Part shown: positions 1 to 14,609 of the stretch, piece after piece
How positions within the stretch are numbered: the stretch's first letter is position 1
Layout of the letters: each line of letters starts with the position of its first letter
Assembly: GCA_964016885.1 (NCBI GenBank)
Contig: OZ024741.1
Coordinates: 196,602,001-196,666,000 of the forward strand
Direction: 5' to 3'
DNA from: Eledone cirrhosa
Taxonomy: Eukaryota
Length of the DNA stretch: 64,000 nt
Position numbers and translations under genes: made by a program
Notes under the pieces: generated by a model
What the model was told of the DNA's origin: nothing
Seen by the model: only the letters and a program-made list of their open reading frames with translations
Database searches by the model: none

Positions 1-3000
1 TGTGTCATCCTCTTTGTGTGTTATACATAGATACCCATGCTGCTTGTTACAAGACAGAGGGTGCATTATAAAGTGTCTATAAAATGAGATATTAAGAAAT
101 GCCTTTAGTATTAGTTATTTAAGAATTTGTAATCAACACTTCTTTTCACAATATTTTCCTACATCTTAGAATATTAACACCAGCCGTAGATCTATGGATA
201 TAAAACAGAATCATTCAGACGTCATTATCGATATTATTTGCTATATTTGTATTTTTGTATGAAAGGAATTTTCTTTAATTTTTTGCATGTTTATATTTGC
301 ATCGTCTTCCTTTACTAAGAAACTATTCAAAGGGACTTATTTTATTGAAGGATCTTTTGCTAAAGGAAAATTTGGACTGAGAAATAAATATAATTAGTTG
401 TATATTTTTGACTTATTATTTAGGAATGTAAAAATAAGAATTTTTATTGAAGGGGCTACTTATATTTGTCTTTCGTCACTTGGTGCTATTTACCCTATAA
501 TTTTGATAACACATTATTTTAACTGTGATTCTAATAAGTTTTGAAACTAATAAACAGCATTATTGATTAGAATTCAAAGTCGTATCTAATTATAGACTCA
601 GTTTAATTAATGATGTATTACTGACTACTTATACTATTTTATTGTTTAAAATAAAGTACAGTTGCTTTTTATACTGATGTCTGGGTACAAGTTATTTTTT
701 TTATTATCACACTGCTTGAGAATACATACTACTAGAACTAAATGTAAAATAGTGTGTGTGTTGATTTGCACTTTTAACTGATAACTGCTTATGAAACGTT
801 AGTTTATGGTTTCAAATGGTGGTTGTATGGGAATGAGGTGGCTTGGCAGAGTGTGTTTCTGTTGATTGGCCCCAAGTCAGCTCTTATTGATTAGATCTAT
901 GGTCAAATAAATTCTCGCTGTAACCATCTTGTCTTTTTCCTCCAGAAACGGGACACGGTGTTCTTTTGTAAGACAGTAGGGTGTGGTTTAAGGGAGATTT
1001 AGCTGCTATTTTTACCCGTTCGAACGACCGAGTCGAAGCCTACCGTCGACTCGTGTATGTATCTGAGAAAATTAGGTTCGTTTGGATGATTGATTATGTG
1101 TTGTAAAATAAAAAAACAAACTAGCCAGTGGCGCTCAAGTAAGCCCTATTTTGCAACAGTAACATATCCTTATAGAATAAACTTAAAACAAGCCGGAGTT
1201 GAGGGGAACTTTTATAAATGATCTTACACCTTCAAGATATTTTAAATCTTAATGTTCTGTACCGCATGAAACCATATTAGCAACACATTCTTGAAAAGTA
1301 TAAAACAGCTAAGACTGCACCACATTCAAAATTAAAGTTTTACTTTAATACTGCAAATTTTTACAATGATCTGTCCGCTAGTAAAGACACTAAAACATTT
1401 GAATCTCGTTTTTAGACATGTTCTACTAAATCATTAGAATATGTTAATAATTTTAATAATTGGGGTACTAATCAACTAGGCCCCGAAAAACAGTGAATTC
1501 AAGTCTTTCGATAGCATATTTGTTCTTATACATGGACTGAAAAGCATCAAATAAAGGGACACGTATTTTGTAACCCTTACCTCGCAACTATTTCTATTGA
1601 TATTGTTATAATTGACTAGATCCTTTCAAATGAAATACACGTTTACGATAACTGTAGGTGATTGTTGAGTAACCCTCAACATAAAAAGACCACTGACATG
1701 GTTATTTATCGAATAATGCATTGGAACCACCCACAACTCTTGCTCACTGAATATACTTATTTAAGATACCTTGATTGTGTTGTTTGATTTAATTGAATTT
1801 TTATGAAGTAGGTTGCTCTAAGACCGAGTAATTGGCCCACGAAGATTCAATTGTAAAACCTCCCAGTAACTTGTTTGTTGATTAAGATTTGGTTGCAACA
1901 TCATTATCATCACCGTTTAACGTCTATTTTACCACGCTGGCATGGGTTGGACGAGTTATCCTGTTATGGGCAATGCCAGGTCAGGTGACCATGTACTGCT
2001 CTCACAGAACCGATTTTGGCTTGGTTTCTACAGCTGAATGCCCTTCCTAGCGCCAACCTCATTTACAGTGAGTACTGAGTGCTTTTTTGTCGTGACGCCT
2101 ACACGACCACTTTACAGTGTGGGCTGGGCTCTTTTTGTTGTGTCGCCAACACGTCTACTTTACAGTGTGGGCTGGAGGCTTCACTGGATGTAACTTCAGC
2201 TTGTCCTCATGGAAGTTGGTGGAGTAATGCATACTATATATATATACGCTTCAGGTACGGCTTGTGCCTGCGAGTATTTGGGTCTTCTGAATTACTGCAT
2301 AACACCAGAGATTTCGGTCCCTATCGATAAAGCATCCCCAAAAACCTCCTATGAGATGCACCCTTGTAGCTATACCTACACAGGTGCGAGCTGTAAATTT
2401 CCTTTTCTCATTTCATCATAATATTACATATAGGTTATTGGTGATTGGATGAGCTTGGCAAAGAATAGAAGGTTATGTCTCGCTGTCGCTTTTGGGTTTT
2501 CACATTTCAATGCGAGTGGGTGCCTAGATACTGTGATAGGAAGGGCATCCAGCTATAGAAATGTTACCAAACAAAGGGTTGGGAAGAACCTTCAGTCATG
2601 TTAAAGACATGAAAACCTTCCTTGTGCGCTCTAGAATGTAAGACTGTATGTAAACGAGATGCAGACCCCTTGACCTGTCTGGCATGTCAGTAGTCTTGTT
2701 TCAGTACTGACTTTGCTAGCAGGCAAAGTGGATGTTACTGATGATGATTACTGAGAAGTTGAAAACATTTGAAATGGTAAGGTAATTCACATCCTTTCTT
2801 TGTCATATGCAAGTTAGTTTTTAGCCTTTCCTAATGTGGATTAACTCATTAAGGCAGAAAGTCTGATTAAACACTTTGTATTAAATATTTAACAAACATT
2901 TTTATTGCCATATTTCTAATGAAATATACTGCTTATTATTTTCAAATCACTTTGAAAATAATCAAGAATTTGGAGGAATTTATTAATATAACTAACTTTC

Positions 3001-5370
3001 TCACTATTAAGTTGTAAAAAAAGCAATAAACATACGCACCCAGTACACACTGTTAAGTGGTTGGTGATAGGAACAGTATCCAACCATAGAAAGATGCCAA
3101 ACAAAGAGTCAGAAAGAATCCTTAGTTATGTAAAAAACATCACAGCCTCGCTAGTGTTGGTGATCTACATGATAACATGCCCAGTACACTCTGTAGAGTG
3201 GTTGGTGATAGAAAGGGCATCCATATATAAAAGAACTTGCTAAATAAAAACTGATTGTGTCAAAGACATGACAACCTCCCGGGTGCTGGTACCATGATTA
3301 AATGTACACAGTAGAGCATGAGAACATATGTATACAAGTTGTAGGCCCCTGGCCCATCTGCAAAGTCAGTAGTTTTGCTTGAGTACTTACCGATTTTGTG
3401 AAAATCTATCCAACCCTTACTAGCAGGGAAGACAGATGTTAACAGATGATGAACTCCATTCATCTGTCAATCCACTCAACCAAGAAGATGAGGGCTCGAC
3501 ATTTAGTCATGTAGTTTATACTCTTTGCAGCCTAATGATTGTTGGCTAATCTTGATTGGCTATGCACAATTAGGTATCCTGGATACTTCAGTGCAGGTTT
3601 GTAGTTACACAAGTTTAACTCCACCCTGAAAAGTCTCCATTTGGTACATGCAAGCTGCTAAGATAGTCAGTCAGCACCACCTTCAGGTATTACATTGTAC
3701 CAAAAATCATTTCTTTTGATTCTCTTGCTTATTACAGCTTCTGATTTACTCAGTACTGGCTGCCATGTGACAAATATATTGGATCCAAGTGTATCTGGTT
3801 TAGAATAGGCACATTATCCCTGTATGTCATAAAAAACGACTGAAATGGTTGGTGTCAGGCAGGACATCTGACTAAAACATTGCCTCAAAAAGTCCTGTCC
3901 AACCCATGCCAGCATGGAAAAGTCTGTAAAAACGATGATGACGACGACATCTCATTCATAGCTAGTTGTTCAATTGCATTGCCTGTTGCCTAATCATCTG
4001 TAACTCTGTCTCTGCTTTGTTCTGTTAACCCATCCCCTCTCATACACTAGCTACAATGAATATTTCTAAAATAGTCACCAATATTTCTTGCAATCTTCAT
4101 TATCATCTCCATTTAACATCTTTTCCGTGTTTGCATAGGTTAGATGGGTTGTTATGTACTGGTCTAAATTGGTCAGATGACCATGTTTTGCTTGTATGCT
4201 CTGTTTTTGGCTTGGTTTATACTGCTGTATGCCCTTCCTAATGATGATTTGGCGCATGTAGTGGGAGCATTTTATAATGACGCTGGCACTACTACCTTGC
4301 AGAGCAAGCTGGATGCTTTTTGTTGTGGCAACAACACTGGGAAGGCATTGATGGGAGTCCACTCAGTTGTACCACATTTATAATAAAATATGTTTCAATT
4401 AATTTTGAAAATAATAAAAGAATTTAAAATAAAGAAAATTGAAAAAAATAATTAAGTTTTTCGTAAGTAAGCTGATGTTTGGAGTATAACTTAAACATTT
4501 TTTATATAAAGGAAAGTTTTAAATAAAAGTATGAATACTTTAAAATAAGCAGTTTTGTATCATAGAATCAGGGGCAGTTTGATATTAAAAGGTTAACTCA
4601 TACACATGCTAGAAAAAATATATGTAGATTGTAACATCAAACAATTTTGTATAGATTGTGTCTTTTAAAGGTTTTCCATACAAACTCATTCCATTTTCTT
4701 CCCTTTTCATAGTCTGTATATCATCCTCATCTTTTTATGTCCATTTTCCTAATTAAAACGGGCACCCTCATTGTATGTCATAAACAGGACACTAAAATCT
4801 TGTCCACTATGAGAATCCAACTCAATTATGGAAAGTATATATTTTCTTTGATAAATCTTGCTACAATGAAATATTTCTCCAGCAATAGCATCCATCATGT
4901 ATGGTCTTCTCTAATGGTTGTCATTTGACTATCCAAGCATATGAGAAAATTCCAGTCACTGTAACAGATGTAATATACAAGAACATACCTAATGTTTATA
5001 GACTGTCTCCATTTAAATAATTCTAGCTTCAGATTTCAATGTTACTCAACAACAATCTTTTTAATTCAGATATTAAAGTCCAACCCATGCTAGCATGGAA
5101 GAACGGACGTAAAACGGCGATGATGATGATTAAAGCTTTCACAATTCTGTCGGCATAACATTTACCTAATTTTAACAGATCAAGATATGTAGAGAGAGCT
5201 TTATGTTTTAATAAAATGTATTAGTAGCCACCTTAAGTATTTTCACACCACTGATATTATTTGACTCATCTAGTAATGAAACAGTTATACTATTTGCACA
5301 TATCTTAATCAAATCAGAGTATTTTGCATTTTTATCAGACTTGCAACATATGGATTGAACTGTAACTAGC

Positions 5371-6134
5371 CTTCTTCTTCACTCACTTATTCTTGAGAGG
5401 GTCGTGGGCAGAGTCCTGAAACACTCATTCCAGCAGATCCTGTCAGAAGCAACCATCTCCAACTGACCCGGCTGGATCCTCAAGCGTGACCAAGCTCATG
5501 GATGTTATCCAACCATCTTACTCCGGGTCGACCTCTGTGTCTCTTACCGGTTGGTTTTGTCAGTAAATTCTGTCCAGTGAATCTTTCCCTAGACATTCTA
5601 ACCACATGCCCATAGTATTGGAGCTGTGATCTCTCAATTCGGAGAAGTAGCAGCACTGCTGGAGTGACTATCTGATCTCCAAGCTGCTCACTTTATCGAG
5701 TAATGTTACTCCAAAAACCCTTCGGAGGAATCCCATTTTGGCCGCTTATATTCGCAATCATATTCTTTCGGTCATTACCCAAGATTCATGACCATAGGTA
5801 AAGGTTGGCACGAAAACTGAATTGAAGATAGTGAGATTGGTTTTTACGCTTATCCCCCCCTCCCGCCCCTTCTGATTACTGAATGCTGAAGCTGGCACAT
5901 TACTGCACCAGCTTTTGCAATTCTTGCATTTAATTCAGCCTCCTGCCTTCCGTCACTTGTGAACACAGCCCGGAGATACTTGAACTTCTCTACCTGCTTC
6001 AGTGGAACTCCATTTGCATGTAACGTGCACTGCGCAGACTTTCTAGAGAGGATGAGTATTTTAGTTTTTGCAGCACTGATTTTCTTTCCAGCCATGCAGC
6101 ACTTTGCAAAAAACCTATCAAGTGCAAGTCGAAG
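5371..6134 (-). mobile_element. Truncated RTE-clade LINE (Expander/Rex3-like) with (GAA)n tail
   Basis: KQVEKFKYL..FTSDGRQEAELNARIAKA; second copy at 40340-40975. Confidence 0.8.
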
Positions 6135-8510
6135 ATCATCATCATCATCTTTGTTTAATGTCTATCTTCCACGCTAGCATGGGTTAGATGGGAGTTGTCC
6201 CACTTGAGGCAAGGCTGGTCGGGTGACCGTGTCTAGCTCATATAGGACTATCTGGCAGGTTTTCTACGGCTGGATGCCCTTCCTAACATCAACCACATTT
6301 ACAGTGTGGAACTGGGAACTTTTTACCATGTTACCTACACAGCCACATTACAGCGTGGACTGTGTGTGTTTTTTTGTCGTGACACCTACACAAACTCAAT
6401 CTCATTTTCTCGTGCTGTTGGTGGGAGTGGGAGGATAGGGTAGGGGTAGTAGATTGGGGTGTATATTTGGTTAAGAGGTGCCTACTGACTAGGTTTTGCT
6501 TTGTACATAGGCAAGGCGGGTCTTCTGTATTACGGCGTAGCGCCAAAGATCTCGGTCCTGAGCATGGCCATTTTCCTGAGGGCACCTGTGCCCTATTTTC
6601 CTTCCTACATACTAGAACTTTAGTCTTAGACAAGTTAACTTTAAGGCCTTTTGATTCTAGGCCATGCTTCCATGTTTCGAATTTCTTCTCTAGTTCAGCC
6701 ATTGATTCAGCTATGAGCGTTAGATCATCTGCGTATAGGAGTTCCCATGGGCAGCCGGTCTTGAACTCCTCTGTTATAGCCTGAAGGGCAATAATAAATA
6801 AGAGGGGGCTAAGGACAGAGCCTTGATGAATGCCAACTTTTACACTAAATTCTTCACAATATTCATTGTTAATTCTAACCTTACTGACTGTTTCATTATA
6901 CATAGCTTGTATAGCTCTCACAAGCCATTCATCTACACCTAGTTTTCTAAGAGCCCACCAGATAATGGAGCGGGGGACTCTGTCAAAAGCTTTCTCCAGG
7001 TCTACAAAAACTCAGTAGAGGGGTTTACTTTTAGCTAGGTACTTCTGTAGTTGTCGTACAAGGAAAAGAGCGTCTGTGGTACTTTTACCAGACACAAACC
7101 CAAACTGCATTTCATCTAGATCAATTCGCTCTCTGATTAGTTGCGCTATAACTCTTTCTGTGACCTTCATGACCTGGTCAACTAACTTAATGCCTCTATA
7201 GTTTCCCCTATCTAGAGCATCCCCTTTACCCTTGTAGCAGTTAATGATGATGCTGCTACGCCAGTCTTTCGGTATGACCCCATTCTGTATTACTTGGTTA
7301 ACTATACGGGTGACCATAGTGTGTCCCACCATACCAGATGCCTTCAACATCTCAGCAACTATCTCCGAAGGCCCAGCTGCCTTGCCTGTCTTCATATCTT
7401 TGATTGCCTTACTTATTATACTACCTTTAACTTGCACCGCTGGTCCTTCTACTGGATCGATAATAGTCTCTCGTAGTGACACTTCCAGGCTATTTTCTTA
7501 TCAGTATCAGTGAGTGCAAGTACACCATTATCATTACGGACACACTTCTCCCCGACAATATCATGGTTTTCCTTGACACATTGTCTAGCAATCCTGAATT
7601 CCTCACGTTTTTGGTCCTCACGTTGCAGAACATGCTTGAACTTTCTATCCTCTGCTACCCTTTTTGCAAGGTACACTTGTCTCCTAGCTTCTCTCTTGGC
7701 CACTTGATAGTGCTCTCTACTTCCCCCATCCTGCCATACTTTCCAAGCCTGCTTTTTGGCCTTGATTGTCTCTTCCACCTTACTGTTCCACCACCAAGTT
7801 AGTCTCCTCCTGCCAATAGGTCTGCTCCAGCCACAGATTTCATCTGTTGCTTTCAGCAGGTTCACTTTCAACAATTGCCACTGTTCCTCTATATTGCACG
7901 TCTCTAATTGCTCTTCCTTATTGTCAAAGGCATCAAGTAATAAGCTTTTAAATTTGTCACTGGCTATGGGGTCCTTCAACTTCCATATTCTTCTCCTCAA
8001 GGTAGGCCTCCTCTGTCGTCGAGTACGTCTATTCCTGACTATGAGGTCACTAACTACTAGGCTATGTTGGGAGGTGCATTCTTCACGAGGGAGGGATTTA
8101 GTGTTTACAACAGATATTTTGTCCCGTCTTCTAATAAGTAAATAATCTATCTGGCTGGCGTGTTCCCCTGATCTATAGGTGATCAAGTGGTTTTCACGTT
8201 TTTTGAAGTTTGTGTTACAGATAGTTAGGCTATTTGCGTCACAGATTTCCAGGATTCTGAAGCCCTCCTCATTTCTATTTCCAACCCCATAGCCTCCATG
8301 GATTCCATCAAAGCCATCACTATGTTGTCCAACATGACCGTTTAGATCGCCAGCAATAATTAAGTAGTCACTGTCGGTTATTTGGGAGGTAGTGTGCATT
8401 AGCATCTCATAGAACCTGTCCTTTATAACATCAGGTAGACCAGATTGGGGTGCATAAGCAGATATTATTGTTACAGTAGTTCTATTTAGAACTAGTCTTA
8501 ATTCAAATCA
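6135..8510 (-). mobile_element. RTE LINE with partial AP endonuclease and RT, internally deleted
   Basis: AGDLNGHVG, SQIDY and SQH endonuclease motifs, YADD, (CAT)n tail at 6135; post-RT region missing at ~6560. Confidence 0.93.
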
Positions 8511-8959
8511 TCTATCAAAATATTTTTTCTTGGCCACTCTCTTTATCTCTTGGCTTTTATGACTCTACAGTACCTGATACTTTGCCCCAACCACAAATTT
8601 TGTCTGTAGCGCTGAATATATGTCTCTAAACCTATAACTGCTTCATAGCTCTTTAACCCTTTAGCATTCACATTACTCTATATTTACTGTTGTATTTTCA
8701 CAGTAAAGGCTTTACCTCACATAATTATTTCACATGATATTGAACCTATGAGACTTTAATGTTATTTATTTTGAGAACAATACCTTAATATCAGTATGAA
8801 GGGCTGGTTACTGCCAGTTTGAACAGAAAGAGGTGTGAGAATTCTGCCGGATATGGCCGGTTTAAAGGGCTAAGTTCCATATTCTCCTTCTCTCAACTGT
8901 CTTTAGTTTCTGAATGTACCTTGCTCTTAATCTGAAGTCACTATTCATTGTTGGGTGGT

Positions 8960-9500
8960 ATATATTTCACTAGGGAAATATCTACCTATTTTATTTCCTG
9001 CTGAGAATAAAGTCTACTTGGCTTGTGTGTTTTTCTGATTGGTAGGTGATCTTAAAGCTTGTGTTGCAAATTGTCAAGTCATTTGTGTCACAGAACTCCA
9101 GGATCCTTGATCCATCCTCATTTCTCATACCAAAGCCATAACCTTGCACATAGTGGAATCCATCTTGTTGCTACTCAACATACTGTTTACAGTTACCAGT
9201 TAAAATAATAATGTTCTTGTCATACACCACCGAGGTAATTTACAAAAGGCCTTCATAGAAGTGGTCCTTTTGTTTGTTTGCAAGCCAAGCTTGGGTTGTG
9301 TATGCAGAGATAATGCAGCTGTTATATTGTGTAAGTTTAATCATATTATCATACTCTAATTACCCCAATCATTATCTAATTCAATCATATCTCTGCAGTT
9401 AGTATGCCTACATTACCCACACTGTTGCTGACACCCAAACACATTCTACAACCTCTGCAGACTTACCTTTCATTATGCTGATGTGGATTGTTGTAGCACT
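8960..9500 (-). mobile_element. Degenerate RTE endonuclease fragment
   Basis: Nucleotide similarity to the endonuclease region at 8130-8500. Confidence 0.6.
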
Positions 9501-9779
9501 GAAATTTTGATCTTGATAGGGATGCGACTGGATGTGAGGCTTGATGGTTTTTGCCATTTGGAAGTAAGAGAGTTTGTGCAATCTTCTGGAAAGAATAAGC
9601 TTTAGGTTATCCTACAGCCATATACACCATATATGCACATATGGGTATAAACACCTTTTTGTTCTTTTCATTGGTGATCAATGGTAATTTCTTAATACTT
9701 CACAACTGACTTCTTGCTGAACAGCACCTTTCATGACTGATTAGTCCTATGTGCACTCGACATGGCTTTTAACAATACC

Positions 9780-10080
9780 CACAATAGAGCAATGTTTAGG
9801 CAATAGTGTCTACCATGGTTGGGAACTTCCATCTTTGTCTGGCATCAACAGCATGTTGGATGTACAAATTTTCAAATGCTTTGGCTCCTCTATGTACAGT
9901 TGATTTCCAATTGCCATGGATCCTTGCTGACTCTTCCCATTTCCCTTCATCAATGAAGAACTCTTTCAGGGTAGTTTTACATTGGTCCTTGAGGCACAGC
10001 TTAAGACGCCCTATGCTCCTTCCATCTGCTAGTTCTGCATACAGCACTTGCAGTTGTCTGGATTTAAGGATAGGGTAGGC
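9780..10080 (-). mobile_element. RTE (BovB-like) C-terminal fragment
   Basis: LYAELADGRSIGRLKLCLKDQCK...W...W pattern. Confidence 0.65.
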
Positions 10081-10656
10081 CGATATAACATATAGGGTAT
10101 ATATGCACATTTAGGTATAACCACATATACTTGCATACAATTTATTTTTTATTTGAGTTGATTTGTATGATTTAGTTACCAATTCTAATCTAATTAAGTT
10201 TAATTTTAAATTCTTACATTGAATGGAGAATTTTAATATATATTGGGCGGTGTATTCTGGATGTTTTGGTAAATTTTAGTCTAATTTTTATTGTCTTGAT
10301 GGGTAGTAAGTGATAAGATGCATGGGCAACACCATTGAGTATGATGGTTGTGTTGTATGTTTATTGTTTGTATGTTATTAGTATCAATATAGTGTGTTGG
10401 TTTTAATTATAATTTATTACATTGTCTGTTTTGAGATTTATTTCTGGGCTATGAGTTTCGGGTTTTGTTGATTAGACACAAAATATTTAGTGAATGATTT
10501 TGTTTGTTGTGGACGTTGTTTTATTCTGTTAAACATTGTGGTTTTGTAGCTGTATTTTGTAATGGTTCTTTGGTGGTTTGGGCTTGTGGTATTCATTTAC
10601 ATTCATTTTATTGTTGAGTAGGGTTGTGAGAAAAAATTATTATATATATATATATA

Positions 10657-11436
10657 TCATCATCATCATCATCATCAACGTCAGTGTTCCATGCTTGCAT
10701 GGGTTTGGACGGGGGTTTTCCCACTTGAGGCAAGAGTGATTATCTTGCTCGCATAGGACTATCTGGCGGGTTTTCTACAGCTGGATGCCCTTCCTAACAC
10801 CAACCACATTTACAGTGTGGGGCTGGGAGGTTTTTACCGTGTTGCCTACACGGCCACATTACAGCGTGGACTGTCTGGCGGGTTTTCTACAGCTGGATGC
10901 CCTTCCTAACACCAACCACATTTCCAGTGTGGGGCTGGGAGGTTTTTACCGTGTTGCCTACACGGCCACATTACAGCGTGAACTGTGTGTTTTTTTGTCG
11001 TGACACCTACACGATCTCATTTGTTTCGGCCTGGATGTTGTGGCACCAACATAACTTTACATTGAAAGGGGCGGTGTGGTGGGGTGGGGGTGGTGGGACG
11101 GGGGTGTATTTTGTTAGAGATGCCTACTGACTGTAGTAGGTTTTACTTTGTATTTAGGTAAGGCGGGTCTTCTCTATTACTGAGTACCGCCAAAGGTCTC
11201 GGTCCAGTGACATTGTCTTGGAGAGGTGTAAGTGTGTGAGGTCGGAATTTATCAGCTCGTCCCAGGTTTTTCTGGGTCTGCCTATTCCGTGGCTACCGTC
11301 TATCTTTATTGCCCTGCACTTTGTTATACAGCTATCGTCTTTCATGCGCATCACGTGACCATACCAACGTAGCCTTCTCTTGAGTAAACAACATCTGATC
11401 CCTCTTATTTCTAATTTTTTCCTTAGTTCGTTTATG
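10657..11436 (-). mobile_element. RTE 3' fragment with an internal 112-nt tandem duplication (10757-10868 / 10869-10980)
   Basis: RRLRWYGHVMRM...GRPRKTW, (CAT)n tail, near-identical duplicate in the 3' UTR. Confidence 0.9.
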
Positions 11437-11437
11437 C

Positions 11438-13185
11438 TTATATATAAAAAATAGTTTGTTTGTCTCCTATGCACTTAAAAACCAGTGGACTAATGATGTT
11501 CAAACTTGGCATGAGTTCCTTAAACTCAGGAATAGGTTTTCCTCACACTTGAACCTATATTTGTCTGTTTGTCAATCTGTGGTCATGGTGGGTGTCGTGA
11601 GTTATCGTATGTCGCTGTAGTTGGCAGTGACACTGTTGACATCTCACCGTTACCATGACTACCAACGCCATTTTTCAAAATTGAAGAAAACTTCTAGATA
11701 TAAGTTTGGAAGCAGAGGCAACAAAGCAGAGTTCCAGCTAGATCCTGTCAGCAAAATCTCTATATGGTTTAAATACACAAGAAATCTCTGATATTCAAAT
11801 GCCTAAATGTCAGCAGAAGTGCATCCAGGAGTGATGACTTGGATGCAACCTGACCCCCTTAGAGTGCGTGTGGCGGGGTTCTTCTCTGAAGACATTTTGT
11901 TGTCCAGCTCTCCTGAGAGTTTCTTACCACTATCTTCTTCATATATTTCCTGTGTGTGTGTATATATACCATATCTTCTTATGTAGCTCCAGGTATATGT
12001 GTGTGTATCAGCTCTCGTTAAATTATGGTTTCTTAATTTGATTTATGGAAACAAAAATAACACTTGTGAAACCTGTAATTTTTTTTGCATATTCATTTCC
12101 ATTAGTTTTTGGTTGTTATTTCTGAAAAATCATTGAAAGTTAATGCAGTGAGTTCTCATTCAATGAAATTTGACTTGACTTAGATCCATCATTAATAGAA
12201 AAAATAAAAAATTTTTTTTAGATAAATAATAGTGACATTTGGAAGCTGCAAGAACAGACTTTCATTTGGAAGAAAGGCTCATAAAGCTATGGCAAAGCAG
12301 CTACAAAGGGAGAATGAAAGGGAAGAGCAGCGACAAGAAAGACTCCCCCCCCAAAAAAAAACAGCGAAATATAGGCAAAATGAATCAGAAGAACAAATAT
12401 CAAAAAGCAACTATTTGTCAAGAGGTAATAGATGTACGAAACTACAGCACAAAGCAGACAAGATGAATCAGATGCACAAAGATCATCATGGCTTCAACAA
12501 CAAAGAATAAGTGTGCAGAATAGACAGGTTGAATCAGAGGAACAAAGGTCAAATAGGCTTGTTGAAGATAGGACAATGGAAGCAAGGATTTGTCAAGAGG
12601 AATCAGATGTATGAAAATCATGACAACAGCAAATGTAGAGAAATAAAGCAGCGCAAAGACAGCATGAAGAAACTGAAGCTCAAATAACTCAAAGGCTATG
12701 TGAGCAGAGAGCTAAAACAGAAGATTTACTATTTTAAAAGGTTGCCATGTGGATTTTTGCTGCTTTTTGTTGCAATCCACATCAAGACTATGCCTTCAAT
12801 GAACAAATTTCTTCAATGAACAAAATTTGTCCAAATTGTGGTGCTAAAAAATGGAATGGTGAGTCAATTGGACTTTGCTGCAACTACTGAATCAAGACAC
12901 TTTCTTCAAAATACCCAGAAGTATAATAATGCATTCGAAATCACATCTTTTGGTGCAAATGTCATCCATGAAGGTAACTTTATGCCCACTTTCAAGATCC
13001 AAGGGCACGTGTACCATAGAATTGGACGACTTCAGCCACTTGCAGAAGATAAACCAAAATATTTACAACTGTATATCATCAGTGATACGGAAAGCCAAGC
13101 ACAGACAAGATATGAAAGGAATGAAGAAATAAAATCATACTGCAACTACAAGATATGTTACATACAAGAAACTTATTCGCTTAGC
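11438..13185 (+). mobile_element. Helitron 5' portion (degenerate RepHel N-terminus)
   Basis: RxxESxxQ (STPR-like) repeats, CPNCGAKKW...LCC, YNNAFEITSFGA...TFKIQGHVYHRIG; the left boundary is approximate. Confidence 0.8.
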
Positions 13186-14290
13186 TGAGTTGGTCCTCTC
13201 CCTCAATTGTTTCTCCTTCTTGGGTGAGATTTACCAGCAGACAATGGGGGTGGCCATGGGTACAAGAACGGGCTCCAGCCACACCAACTTATTTGTTGGC
13301 TACATTGAGGCACACATCTTTTCTAAATACTCCAACCAAACCCCTGGGCTGAACAGTCGTTACATTGACAACTGTTTTGGCGCCACATCTCTCACCCGAG
13401 CTCATCTCGACTCCTTTTTGTCCTTTTCTGCTTCCTCCACCCTGCCCTAGAGTTCACCACCTTTATTTCCACTTCTGTCAACTTCCTGGACATCTCTATG
13501 TCCATTGATCCCTCCAATCATTCCCTCATCACCTCCACCTACTTCAAGCCCTTGGATTCCCACACCTACCTCGACTTCTCCTCCTCCTCACTACCCACCC
13601 ACACCAAACACTCTATCCCCTATCCCAATTCTTCCATCTATGCCGCCTGTGTAGTCAAACCCATGATTTTAAGATTCAGTCTCATTACATGGCCAGACTT
13701 TTCACTGAACGTGGATACCTCCTACCCTGATCCAAGCCACCCTCACCCGTGTCAGTGGCATAGATTAAACCCCTGTTCCCGATCCCACTGTCATAAATGT
13801 AGCTTTATCACCAACATCATTTTCCATCCTTCTGGGTTATGGACTTCTTCAGCTGCACCCCTACCAGCCTTGTCTGTGGGCTCCGTTGTACTCTGAGCGG
13901 AGCCATCTACTTTGGTTAAACTGGCCATCTTCTAGCTGACAGATTTGCTGAACACTTTCAGAACATCCATTTCGACAACACGACTCCGATCTCCCAATAT
14001 TTTCAATCAACTGGCCACTCAGTGTCTTCAGGCTTGCACATTGTACTGGACTCGTTGACTCGTGCTGGCAGATAGAACAGCAACTTATTTTCTCCTTACA
14101 AACCTTTCGTTCCCCTAACCTTAATGCCCCACCCATCTTCCTATAATCTGCTCTGCCATATACTTTCAAACACACACTAAACATACTTCCTCTATCCTAT
14201 GTCACAAATTTGTTAAAACACATACACTCTTACATATAAATCACAGTTAGATAAAGGCTTTCTATGCCATAACTCAGTATTATTTTGACT
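13186..14290 (+). mobile_element. Penelope-like element relic (RT and C-terminal end)
   Basis: YQQTMGVAMG, RYID, NFLDI, YFKPLDSHTYLD, EQQLIFSL motifs. Confidence 0.85.
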
Positions 14291-14609
14291 GAATCAGTTA
14301 ACAAAATAGGATTACTTATCAAGGTTTCCTAGTGTATTTTGTATGTCAAACACAATTGCTTTACTCAAACCCTCTGATTACACTGTCAATGATTTCATTT
14401 GCGTTACAGTGTCTTCAGAAGAACTGATTAGTATTATGTGTGTTATGTGGAGTTATTTGGTGTAGTGTGGTATGTTGATGGGTATCCTAGCTCAACTCTG
14501 CTCAAGCAAACTTATGGCAGCTGATTAAATGCATGAGAACAGAGTGGTATGTGATATAAAATTGCATTTAGTGTAATGTTTGTGTTTTTTTTAATGTATT
14601 GATGTATTA

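Noticed and set aside
1-800. Possible 3' UTR or small exon of a neighbouring gene (AATAAA near 650)
   Set aside because: No recognisable coding sequence, and such signals are common by chance in AT-rich DNA.
10150-10625. Possible Penelope RT relic on the minus strand (KPTH-like motif)
   Set aside because: Too degenerate to support from a single short motif.
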